DNA of 30,560 nucleotides, from positions 1-30,560 of IMG/VR virus record IMGVR_UViG_3300033067_000435, one strand, 5' to 3'. The notes beneath the pieces are model-generated. The model had not been told where the DNA came from and did not search any database. It saw nothing but the letters and a program-made list of their open reading frames with translations. The position numbers and the translations under genes are program-made. The first letter of the stretch is position 1; the number at the start of each line of letters is the position of its first letter. The DNA comes from a virus. Lineage: Duplodnaviria > Caudoviricetes. Positions 14,590 to 22,937 of the stretch are shown one piece after another.

Positions 14590-17492
14590 TGCCGTACACA
14601 TCACCGCCTGGCGGCTCGGTAACCTTAATATTCAGGTCACCGTACTCTAAGCCGCCGGGCGGTAGCGTCACGCTCGAGTTCGCGCCGCCGGTAGGTCAGA
14701 CAATATCGGCCGCATCGCTAGGTGATTCCGCCAGCGTCGCACAACCCGCACTGCAATGGACTCAGTTTGTTCTGCCATACGGGGTACAGGCCGGTACGCT
14801 CGGTAGCGTAGATGTTGATTACCACCGACTAAAACCTGGCGGCATAGCCGAGGGTGACTTCGGTAGCATATCGCTACGTTGGACACAGTTTATTAGTCCG
14901 TCGGGGGCGGAGCCAGACGATCCAAGTTCCAGCGTACAAGTTCAACTAGTTAGCGGAACCTACCGAATGCCACCCGGCCTGTCGGTGGTTCTCAATTTCG
15001 GCCCGCTAGTAACGTCAGACCCAGGCGATTCCGTCACTGTAGATTTCAACTACCCGCCAGGTACTATCCGCCCACTGGCGTGGTCATCCGCCCGCTTCGG
15101 GCAAACGCAGCTTATAGGTCCGTCACTCGTCATACCGAGCGGTATATCGTCGTTCGTGTCTGGCTCAGCTTCCATATCCCCGCCGATAGCAGCGCGAAAC
15201 GTAGCACCAGGTGGTATAGCAGCGAACCCGCTTACGGGCCCCAACTCACTGCGCGAGGTACCTTCACCGGTAATAGACTTCCGCACTAAGCACGTTACCC
15301 CGTCAGGCATAGCTGTCCCGTCTGGCCAGCTCCCAGTTCACTACGTAGCGTTTTACTATCAGTTTATAGACACCGCCGGCCTTGGTTCCGGCCCGGAGAC
15401 ATACGGCACAGCGCTGGCAGCCTACAAGATACGTTCTGTTTTCCCGAGCTTCATCGCTAGCAACGTGTTTGGTGCTACAGCGGTTCTACGCACGATCACC
15501 GTGCACCCTTCAGGTTTTGGCGGGGAGACATTCTCGACGACTAATCTAGTCGAAGACTACTCTAACAGGGTTCAGACCCACTCCGGCTCCGCCGACCCCG
15601 CAGCATACGGTATTCAGTATGTTAGGAACCAGCGCGACTTCCTGTACGTAGATACGTCCGCATGGATCGGAAGCCAGGTTAACTTCCCGGTGCCGTACAA
15701 CTTGCGCCAGGTTCTTACTGTTCAGCAGTTCCAAGGGACAGACGCTGACACAGCTAAGTACGGTCAGCTTACGATAACGAACAGGAACCGACAGCTAACT
15801 ACGTTCGGGCACCAGGATTCGCGGTTCAGCTACTACGCTGCGGACATAGCCAACGCTGCTAGAGCCATCACTCCCGACGGCTTAGACGCTACATTGTTCG
15901 GCGCTTCGTTAGTCGCATATCGTATTAGGTACGTATCGCCCGTAGGGTTCGACTCTTTCTATACGTACGGTACTATTGTCTACAACGCCGCACGGGTTAT
16001 AGGCGCCGCTGGTGTGGCACCGTTCGGCGTAGGCCAACCGCTGGTGTTCAACCGCAACCGCACCGTGTACCAGTATTTCCCGCAAGCAGGCGAAACGTTC
16101 GGTACACCGTTTGTGGCTTTCCGTATCCGCAGCGTCACCCCCAGTGTGTTTAATGACGTCCCAGCAAGCTTTCCAGAGGTTCGCCTAAACCCGTACCCGA
16201 TAGCCCCACAAGGCATAGACTCATATAGGACTGGCGGTACAGACGTTGTACATCACAGAAACGAAGTGTTTCCGTACGCCGTCAACGTACACTCAACGCC
16301 GCTAATTGGCTCGGCATACGTGGTTAATCGCAACCGCAACGTATACCCATTCGGGTACGAATATATTAACTTCGGCACCACGTTTGCAGAGAACTTCATA
16401 CGCGAAGTGCAGCCGCCAACCGTTTCGCTCGGTGTGCTTGGGCAAGTAGACATCGCCTATAAGACAAAGACTGTCCGCCCAGCCGCATTCAGTAGCCACG
16501 CTGTTAGCATTTTTGCGCAGGTAAGAAACGTAATACCCGATCCCCCTGGACAGCAGCTTATCGATGTGTCAGCGATTAGCCCAGGTGCTGTTGGCTACGG
16601 GACTCTTAGCTATCAGACGATCTTCCCAACAGGCGTAGCAGCAAACTCCATCGGTTCACATAGTGTAAGGTCGACTAGCCTTGCGCCGGTATGGACATTC
16701 GACGATTACGTCGGCAAACCAACGATGGTGGCTACACAATACCTGTATCCAAAATACATTCCATTCAGCGCCGAACAAGGCGCCGGTGAGAGCGACTTTT
16801 TCAAATCAAAGCCGGCAGTAAGCCCGCATACAATCTACGCGCCAAGCGCTGATCAGGCCACACAGCAAGCGAAAAATAATAACGGCGTAAGCGCAGAGGT
16901 AATAGACGCCGAGCTGTGGTTTGTTCCCCCGTTCCATTTCGGTAAACACGTTGTTTCGAACAGAAACAGAAGCTTGGAGCCGTCTTGGGCCACCCAACTT
17001 ATGGCGATAGGCACGCCAGCGATTGCGCTAAAAACACGCAAGATTGCGCCGATAGGCAGTCGCTTCGTGCGCTTCGGCCCAGCGTCGCTAAACGGCGCCC
17101 AAGAAATTCAAATGTCGAGCATAGGGTCCACCAACTTGTTTGGTAACGCCACCCCCGCCAACCTTTACGTCAGCCCGTACGTCAACGCAGTTGGTTTCGA
17201 ACTATCAGAAATAGGACGGCCAGACATAGATAACTTCAACAGAACTGTGCGTCCGTCCGGAGAGCCACAAACTGTGTTCGGCCAAGCCGAACTCGGCCCG
17301 CCAAAGAAACTAGAGTGTGTCGGTTTCGTGGCGACTAGATGGGGGTCAAGCTTAATCGCCTATAGAAACAGGTTCGTGTTCCCTGTGGGTCACTATTCTT
17401 TCGTATCTAGCAATAGCCTGCCTGGGTTTAATGATAGAATGCGTGTACGAAACGCAACGCCGTCGGCACCGTATCCAGTCTATCCACCATAA
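14589..17492 (+). CDS. Large repetitive tail protein (967 aa)
   Basis: N-terminal Y..PPG.SV.L.F repeats, then many degenerate I.P.G.....FG...V..R units; Pro/Gly/Ser/Val-rich. Confidence 0.7.
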   Translation: MPYTSPPGGSVTLIFRSPYSKPPGGSVTLEFAPPVGQTISAASLGDSASVAQPALQWTQFVLPYGVQAGTLGSVDVDYHRLKPGGIAEGDFGSISLRWTQFISPSGAEPDDPSSSVQVQLVSGTYRMPPGLSVVLNFGPLVTSDPGDSVTVDFNYPPGTIRPLAWSSARFGQTQLIGPSLVIPSGISSFVSGSASISPPIAARNVAPGGIAANPLTGPNSLREVPSPVIDFRTKHVTPSGIAVPSGQLPVHYVAFYYQFIDTAGLGSGPETYGTALAAYKIRSVFPSFIASNVFGATAVLRTITVHPSGFGGETFSTTNLVEDYSNRVQTHSGSADPAAYGIQYVRNQRDFLYVDTSAWIGSQVNFPVPYNLRQVLTVQQFQGTDADTAKYGQLTITNRNRQLTTFGHQDSRFSYYAADIANAARAITPDGLDATLFGASLVAYRIRYVSPVGFDSFYTYGTIVYNAARVIGAAGVAPFGVGQPLVFNRNRTVYQYFPQAGETFGTPFVAFRIRSVTPSVFNDVPASFPEVRLNPYPIAPQGIDSYRTGGTDVVHHRNEVFPYAVNVHSTPLIGSAYVVNRNRNVYPFGYEYINFGTTFAENFIREVQPPTVSLGVLGQVDIAYKTKTVRPAAFSSHAVSIFAQVRNVIPDPPGQQLIDVSAISPGAVGYGTLSYQTIFPTGVAANSIGSHSVRSTSLAPVWTFDDYVGKPTMVATQYLYPKYIPFSAEQGAGESDFFKSKPAVSPHTIYAPSADQATQQAKNNNGVSAEVIDAELWFVPPFHFGKHVVSNRNRSLEPSWATQLMAIGTPAIALKTRKIAPIGSRFVRFGPASLNGAQEIQMSSIGSTNLFGNATPANLYVSPYVNAVGFELSEIGRPDIDNFNRTVRPSGEPQTVFGQAELGPPKKLECVGFVATRWGSSLIAYRNRFVFPVGHYSFVSSNSLPGFNDRMRVRNATPSAPYPVYPP

Positions 17493-18748
17493 TGCAGACT
17501 TACAAAATACCGATGCCGCTAAAAGGCGTCGACAAACTTTCAAACGAAACCACGCTGAAGAAAAACACGTGGCGCACTGCCGAGAATGTCGATATAGACC
17601 GTGGCGGTCAGGTAAACACGCGTGAAGGGTACGCAAAATTGCTAGTTGGATCGGACTACCACAGCGCGTACTACGCGCCACAGCGTTCGTGGCTACTAAC
17701 TGGCAAAGGCTCCAAGTTGATGTTAGTCAACAGGTCTGCCGGGACAGAGACACAGCTATTTGATTCCGGCGCAATGACGTTGTTTAGCTACACCGAGTAC
17801 AATGGTAATCTATACGTGCTAAGCGGCAACGGTCTTCGTTGGTTCCCTCAAGGGCAGTCAACCCCGTTGGCGTGCGGCACAGCAGCGCCGACCCCCCCAG
17901 TCGTGTCTGCGTCATCCGCCGGCGGCCTTCACCCCGGAACATACGGCGTCCTCATCTCCGTTATAGACGAGCGTGGGGGAGAGTCAGCCGCCTGCACATT
18001 GCAGACTATAAGCCTACCGAACGGCGGTGGCATACAGCTTTCCGGGTTGCCCTATGCACCAGGTAGCCGAGTGGCTATATACACGACAAGTGCTAACGAT
18101 GACGTGCTGCATCTGTATGCAACACCGCCAGCAACACTGACCACACACTTAGTATCGGCTTTGCCGCAAGGCGCCCAGTGCAGTACTCAGTTCTTATCGC
18201 CGTTTACTGGTGGTCAGTTTGTACGCTGGCATAACGCCAGACTGTACGTTGCTTCCGGCGACACGTTGTACTATTCTGATGCGTTTAGGCCGCACCTTAC
18301 TAACCTAGCTACAAACTTTATCCAATTCAGCGAAGAGATAAGCTTTATCGAGCCGACGATGGGCGGCATTTACGTAGGCGACGCGCGCGGCGTGTGGTTC
18401 CTAGATGGGGGTGACCCAGTAAAGTTCGTAGCTAAACGCGTATCGGCGTGCCGAGCCATACCGGGGTCGAGCTTAGTTATTCCAAACGAACATTTTGACC
18501 AAAAAGTAATAAACACAACAGTACCAGTAGCAATGTGGTTAAGTACGTCTGGATACGCAGTAGGCACAGCGGAGGGGGCTATTTTCGAGGTAAATGCTGA
18601 TATAATTCGCGTTCCGCTTGCTACGCGCGGAAGTTCCGCATTCGCTATTAGGAACGGTAGAAAACAAGTACTTACAGTAACCAATTCGGCAGAAGACGCG
18701 TATGGCATGGCCATAGACACAGTTATTACTACGGATCAAGGGGGGTAA
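17492..18748 (+). CDS. Tail nozzle/hub-like protein, N-terminal beta-propeller part (putative)
   Basis: Begins KGVD...L....WRTAENVDIDRGG....REGY as podophage nozzle proteins do; propeller-like HNARLYVASGDTLYYSD segment. Confidence 0.55.
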   Translation: MQTYKIPMPLKGVDKLSNETTLKKNTWRTAENVDIDRGGQVNTREGYAKLLVGSDYHSAYYAPQRSWLLTGKGSKLMLVNRSAGTETQLFDSGAMTLFSYTEYNGNLYVLSGNGLRWFPQGQSTPLACGTAAPTPPVVSASSAGGLHPGTYGVLISVIDERGGESAACTLQTISLPNGGGIQLSGLPYAPGSRVAIYTTSANDDVLHLYATPPATLTTHLVSALPQGAQCSTQFLSPFTGGQFVRWHNARLYVASGDTLYYSDAFRPHLTNLATNFIQFSEEISFIEPTMGGIYVGDARGVWFLDGGDPVKFVAKRVSACRAIPGSSLVIPNEHFDQKVINTTVPVAMWLSTSGYAVGTAEGAIFEVNADIIRVPLATRGSSAFAIRNGRKQVLTVTNSAEDAYGMAIDTVITTDQGG

Positions 18749-18785
18749 CGATGCCGCAACATTCAGATACTACATACAGTATAGC

Positions 18786-18796
18786 TGTGATACAAT
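18786..18796 (+). promoter_or_regulatory. Putative extended -10 promoter for the second tail block
   Basis: TGTGaTACAAT in a short intergenic gap; same TGTGnTAnAAT form as the site at 271-281. Confidence 0.5.
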
Positions 18797-18824
18797 TCAA
18801 AAATCTTTAATGGAGACTCATCTT

Positions 18825-19418
18825 ATGTCCGACCTACTTAAACACTCTGGTGAGTTTCGCCGCTACATGGCTAACAACCAGTTCGAACGTACTGAAAAAG
18901 GCCAGATTTATTTCCCTAAGGCGCGCGCCCTAGCCGCTGGCGTATACATCCACGACGTGAATGGTCAGGACGAACGCACCGACCCGAACATCCTGCCAGA
19001 CGAAGGTCTGATGTACCTGCTAACTACGGGCTTCTACAACGGAACTAAGCTAACTACGTGGTATCTGTCGCTATATGCAGCTAACTACACACCAGTAGCT
19101 GGTCTTACAGCGGCGTCATACCCAGCGACAGCCGGCGAAATCACGTCTGGTTCAGAGGGGTATTCTGAATCGACACGTCGTACGTGGTCAGCTTCTGCTC
19201 CAGCAGCCAACGAGATTAACAACGTAGCTAGTAAAGCGACGTTTACAATCGTCACCGCAAGCTCGCTTACTGTGAACGGCGCTGCATTGACTAGCGACGC
19301 TACCAAAGGTGCTGTGACTGGTACGCTCGCGTCCGCCACTAAGTTCTCCGCAGCCCGCACGCTGTACAACACAGATGTGTTCAACCTGGCGTATCGCATT
19401 CAACTTACTTCGTCGTAA
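18825..19418 (+). CDS. Virion structural protein (beta-sandwich, tail/fibre associated)
   Basis: Start at ATG 18825 behind GGAG (track start 18810 is in frame); EIT...GY....R..W...ATFT...VNGAAL...GTL.SA.KF..ARTL pattern. Confidence 0.65.
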   Translation: MSDLLKHSGEFRRYMANNQFERTEKGQIYFPKARALAAGVYIHDVNGQDERTDPNILPDEGLMYLLTTGFYNGTKLTTWYLSLYAANYTPVAGLTAASYPATAGEITSGSEGYSESTRRTWSASAPAANEINNVASKATFTIVTASSLTVNGAALTSDATKGAVTGTLASATKFSAARTLYNTDVFNLAYRIQLTSS

Positions 19419-19424
19419 TTTGAT

Positions 19425-21773
19425 ATGCCGCTGTATGACGGCAGCCCCCTCATAAAGATTGAGGGGAACAAAGCTAAGGCGTTTGGCCGTATACCAGACG
19501 CTAAGCTTTTACTCCAAAAAACGCAGCGCGTTGCCGAAAACGCGGGCGTGTCTACGTTCAGTATGTCCCAACGTACTGATGAGGGGTATATGTTTGCGCT
19601 TACAGCGAACGGAGTAAACCGAATATTCATATCCTCAAACCCGAATGTTGTTGATCAAGAGGAAGAGAGCACTAACGACCCGTTGGAGAAGAGCTTTGTT
19701 AACATGCTTAGCGGGACGGTTTTCCAGGGGTCCATATCCGGCAACGTGCTAAGTACGTTTGCCCCCACGGCGCAGTGTCGGCGTAACTACCCAGGTATGC
19801 CTAGCGGCAGACAAGGTAGCGTACGGCTAGCTGTTCAACCGTGGAGTGGAAATGACGAGACACAGGTTGGTGGTGCCGACAGCCAGTACACAAACCTGAA
19901 GCCATCTATGTACTCGGGGAAGATGTGCGCGGTAGTTCAAGCAGTCATGGGCTTGGGTCGTATAAGAATATCAAAACTGTCAGACACGCCAGTCGGGGCG
20001 AACAGCAACAACACGCCGAAGTACCTAAAAGAAGTAAAAGCCAACGGCGTTCAGATACGATACGACTATAAATTTCACCGGACGCACGGCATATACACTG
20101 GCGCCGACGGCGTCCTGTGGCTTGTGGAGATCGGCATCAACCGGGGTATCCTCGCACGCCCACTCCCCATCGTTCCGAAATCACGTAGCAACGCGTTCCG
20201 CGACTCAGCCGCCGCCCGCTCCGACAGCGATCTACTTGCTGTATATGACGAGCTTGGATGCTTTCCTTCAGGAGAAGCGTTCCCGAATACGCCGACAGAG
20301 CTGCAGCAAGCCATCGACCGTGGTGATGTATTGAGGCTGATGCCGGCCGACGGGCTGAAAGATTTCTACAAGAACTCACCGTACAGCACCGCGTGCGGGT
20401 GGGCGTTCAGCGACGACGGCAGTGAGGCACACAATACTGCGTATGGGTATGAATCCGACTCAGCCGTAACGCAAACGGGGTATCACTACCAAATTAACAT
20501 AAGTATCGGCGCGATGCAGACACCGCGAATCCGAAATACCCCCATTTCAACCGGGTCAGCGTCGCTGATAATCCAGTCTAAAGCCCCCCTGTATGGCGCT
20601 GGCCGAATCGGTAAGTTTTTGCCAATAAAGTTCCACGAGCCACTTATAGGCGGGCTGCTCTCACATGACGCATCGCCTAAAGAAGCCACTACGCCCCCGC
20701 TGTGCGACACTACAATGATGGTGTGCTTCGACGAGGGACAGCTAAAAACAGTTAAGTTTTACTTTAACCCAGCCACCGATCTGGTTTCAGAAGTCGAAGA
20801 CAGCAGATACCCAGGCGAGTGCTTGTACGCCGGCGAGTGGTCTATAGTGGAGAAGAGCGGTACTAGGTCAATACCGCGAATGATGTACACCAACGACATA
20901 GACGACCGTAGAACACGCGTCGACTATGTCCGAGAGACAAACATCAAGTCTCGTGACCTAGGCTTTGACCCGCCGCAGTTCAGCGACTTCCTAGAATCGC
21001 CGGAGTTCTGCGCTGTGTTCAGATACCGTGTGTTTGAAAAAACAACCAAAATTGTAGCGACGTCAGGCGACAACCTGGGTAGCGTCGTCATTATCCCGCA
21101 GGGCAGTCGTAGCGCCTACTACTACATGTTCGCTTCAAGCACGCAAGAAGTAATAACGATGGATTTCAAGGAGTATGATTACATACAGGACCCCAACGTG
21201 GCCTATGGATGGCGCAGCTTTCCACGTATCAGCCTACCGCCCATAAGCGCCGAATGTATAAACAACCGCTTCTTGTGTGGCACAACACACACCGATAGAC
21301 GCGTTATTTGCCTTTCGTACGAGCCGGGCTTTTACCCAGGCTTCGGCGGCGTCGACGGCAACTGCTATCAGTACGCTGACTACGGGCTATGGATCAAAGA
21401 GTGTGACCCAATAGAAGTAGTTTGCTCGGCGCAAATGAATAATGCTTTTCCGGTACGCCACGGCAGCAGCTCCACTACGTACAAGGGGCCTACCAGAAAG
21501 ACAACACTGACGCTGGTGTCGCCTGGGGTCGGTGGGCAGTTGACGATACCTACTCCGGTAGACAACTTCTCTTTGTGGGAGAGACCGTCGCCGGACCCAG
21601 ACACGTTGGAAATTCAGCACATAAGTTCTTCGCATAGTTCGCTAGGCGAAGACGCACTGGTGTATTACACCGACCTTATTGGAAGCGGGACGCAGAAATT
21701 CAAAGGTATCTCAGCTGCTACAATAGGGGCTTCGGACAATCCAACGTTTATAGGGGTCAACGGCAATGGCTAG
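19425..21773 (+). CDS. Large virion protein (782 aa) with Cys-rich C-terminal third
   Basis: Long ORF in the tail operon; clustered Cys (ECINNRFLCG, VICL, GNCY, ECDPIEVVCS). Confidence 0.65.
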   Translation: MPLYDGSPLIKIEGNKAKAFGRIPDAKLLLQKTQRVAENAGVSTFSMSQRTDEGYMFALTANGVNRIFISSNPNVVDQEEESTNDPLEKSFVNMLSGTVFQGSISGNVLSTFAPTAQCRRNYPGMPSGRQGSVRLAVQPWSGNDETQVGGADSQYTNLKPSMYSGKMCAVVQAVMGLGRIRISKLSDTPVGANSNNTPKYLKEVKANGVQIRYDYKFHRTHGIYTGADGVLWLVEIGINRGILARPLPIVPKSRSNAFRDSAAARSDSDLLAVYDELGCFPSGEAFPNTPTELQQAIDRGDVLRLMPADGLKDFYKNSPYSTACGWAFSDDGSEAHNTAYGYESDSAVTQTGYHYQINISIGAMQTPRIRNTPISTGSASLIIQSKAPLYGAGRIGKFLPIKFHEPLIGGLLSHDASPKEATTPPLCDTTMMVCFDEGQLKTVKFYFNPATDLVSEVEDSRYPGECLYAGEWSIVEKSGTRSIPRMMYTNDIDDRRTRVDYVRETNIKSRDLGFDPPQFSDFLESPEFCAVFRYRVFEKTTKIVATSGDNLGSVVIIPQGSRSAYYYMFASSTQEVITMDFKEYDYIQDPNVAYGWRSFPRISLPPISAECINNRFLCGTTHTDRRVICLSYEPGFYPGFGGVDGNCYQYADYGLWIKECDPIEVVCSAQMNNAFPVRHGSSSTTYKGPTRKTTLTLVSPGVGGQLTIPTPVDNFSLWERPSPDPDTLEIQHISSSHSSLGEDALVYYTDLIGSGTQKFKGISAATIGASDNPTFIGVNGNG

Positions 21774-22935
21774 CATAGATGACGTGCTAACAACGAGCGC
21801 GGACGCTACCGGTACGGTAGCGTTTACTAACACGCGCCTATACGTTGAGTCAGCAAGTTCTTCGTCATCTTTGATCCTAGGTCACGTACACACGCACACA
21901 TCATCCGTAGCAACTACGTCCGAAGCGATAATAGACTCGTACGCTTTGTTTGCGTCGGCCGGCGCCGCAGCTTCCGTCGCTACTCCAAGCACTATCGTAA
22001 CTAAAATAGCGCCATCTGTAGCTGGGGCCGCCTCCGCGCTGATCGCCACGTTCAACTCAACCGTAGTATCGTCGGCTGCAATCACTAGCGAGGCTTCATT
22101 TACTAACGAGGCAACGCCGTTGGTGTCCGCAGCAAGTGCCACCAGTAGCATTGAGGCCGCGACAACGCACGCTATCGCTTCGTTAGTGTCTGCGGCATCG
22201 TCGTCATCGTCCACGATTGTTGGTTTGTTCGAGTCAAGAATATCCTCGGCCGCCGCTACGTCAGTAGCATCAGCCGCTCGGGCGGCGTACGCCTCCATCA
22301 CATCGTCGTCCGTAGTCTCGTCAAATGTCGCCTTCGCCGGTTCCGTGACTAGCGCTACTGCGTCAGCTTCGGCTGACTCTCTATCCAGCACGTTGATAAC
22401 AACGGTGTCAAACCTCGGTCTAGTGTCCCGGTCTAGCGGGCGCTCATACGTGCTATTCCGTGACCCCAATCAGACGGCATACGTCATCAATACGGAGACA
22501 GAAGCACTTAGCACGTACAAGAACTTCTCGTTTAACTCGATAACATACGTCGACGGGGTGGCATACGCAGCGTGCCACGACGGTTTCTACGAGCTTCGTG
22601 GGCCAGACGACGATGGTGTCGATATAAACTCGCAGCTAGTTTCTGGCTTCTTTGATATGAATGACCAGCAAAAAAAGCATGTCGGGTCGGTCTATTTAGG
22701 GTATACTTGCGACGGTCCAATGACCGTAAGCACTGAAACTTACGGTGCTGGGCACGCAGTGCAGACCAATGAGCTTGACCAGCGAGACGCACTAGCACCT
22801 AGGAACAACCGAGTAAAACTTGGCAAGGGGTTAAACAGCCGATACTGGCGGTTAACGATTCGTAACAAGAACGGTTCGAAGTTTGAACTGAACGACGTCG
22901 CTATTGATGTAGCGGTATCTAAGCGCAGGATTTAA
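21766..22935 (+). CDS. Virion protein: Ser/Ala repeat rod plus nozzle-like C-terminal domain
   Basis: About 230 aa of S-x-A-x-A-x-S low-complexity repeats, then AYVINTET.A.STY...KKHV..VYLG...RVKLGKG..SRYWRL. Confidence 0.65.
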   Translation: MASIDDVLTTSADATGTVAFTNTRLYVESASSSSSLILGHVHTHTSSVATTSEAIIDSYALFASAGAAASVATPSTIVTKIAPSVAGAASALIATFNSTVVSSAAITSEASFTNEATPLVSAASATSSIEAATTHAIASLVSAASSSSSTIVGLFESRISSAAATSVASAARAAYASITSSSVVSSNVAFAGSVTSATASASADSLSSTLITTVSNLGLVSRSSGRSYVLFRDPNQTAYVINTETEALSTYKNFSFNSITYVDGVAYAACHDGFYELRGPDDDGVDINSQLVSGFFDMNDQQKKHVGSVYLGYTCDGPMTVSTETYGAGHAVQTNELDQRDALAPRNNRVKLGKGLNSRYWRLTIRNKNGSKFELNDVAIDVAVSKRRI

Positions 22936-22937
22936 TA

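Noticed and set aside
13027-17492. Possible diversity-generating retroelement target among the tail genes
   Set aside because: No reverse transcriptase and no near-identical repeat pair differing at adenines was seen in the window.
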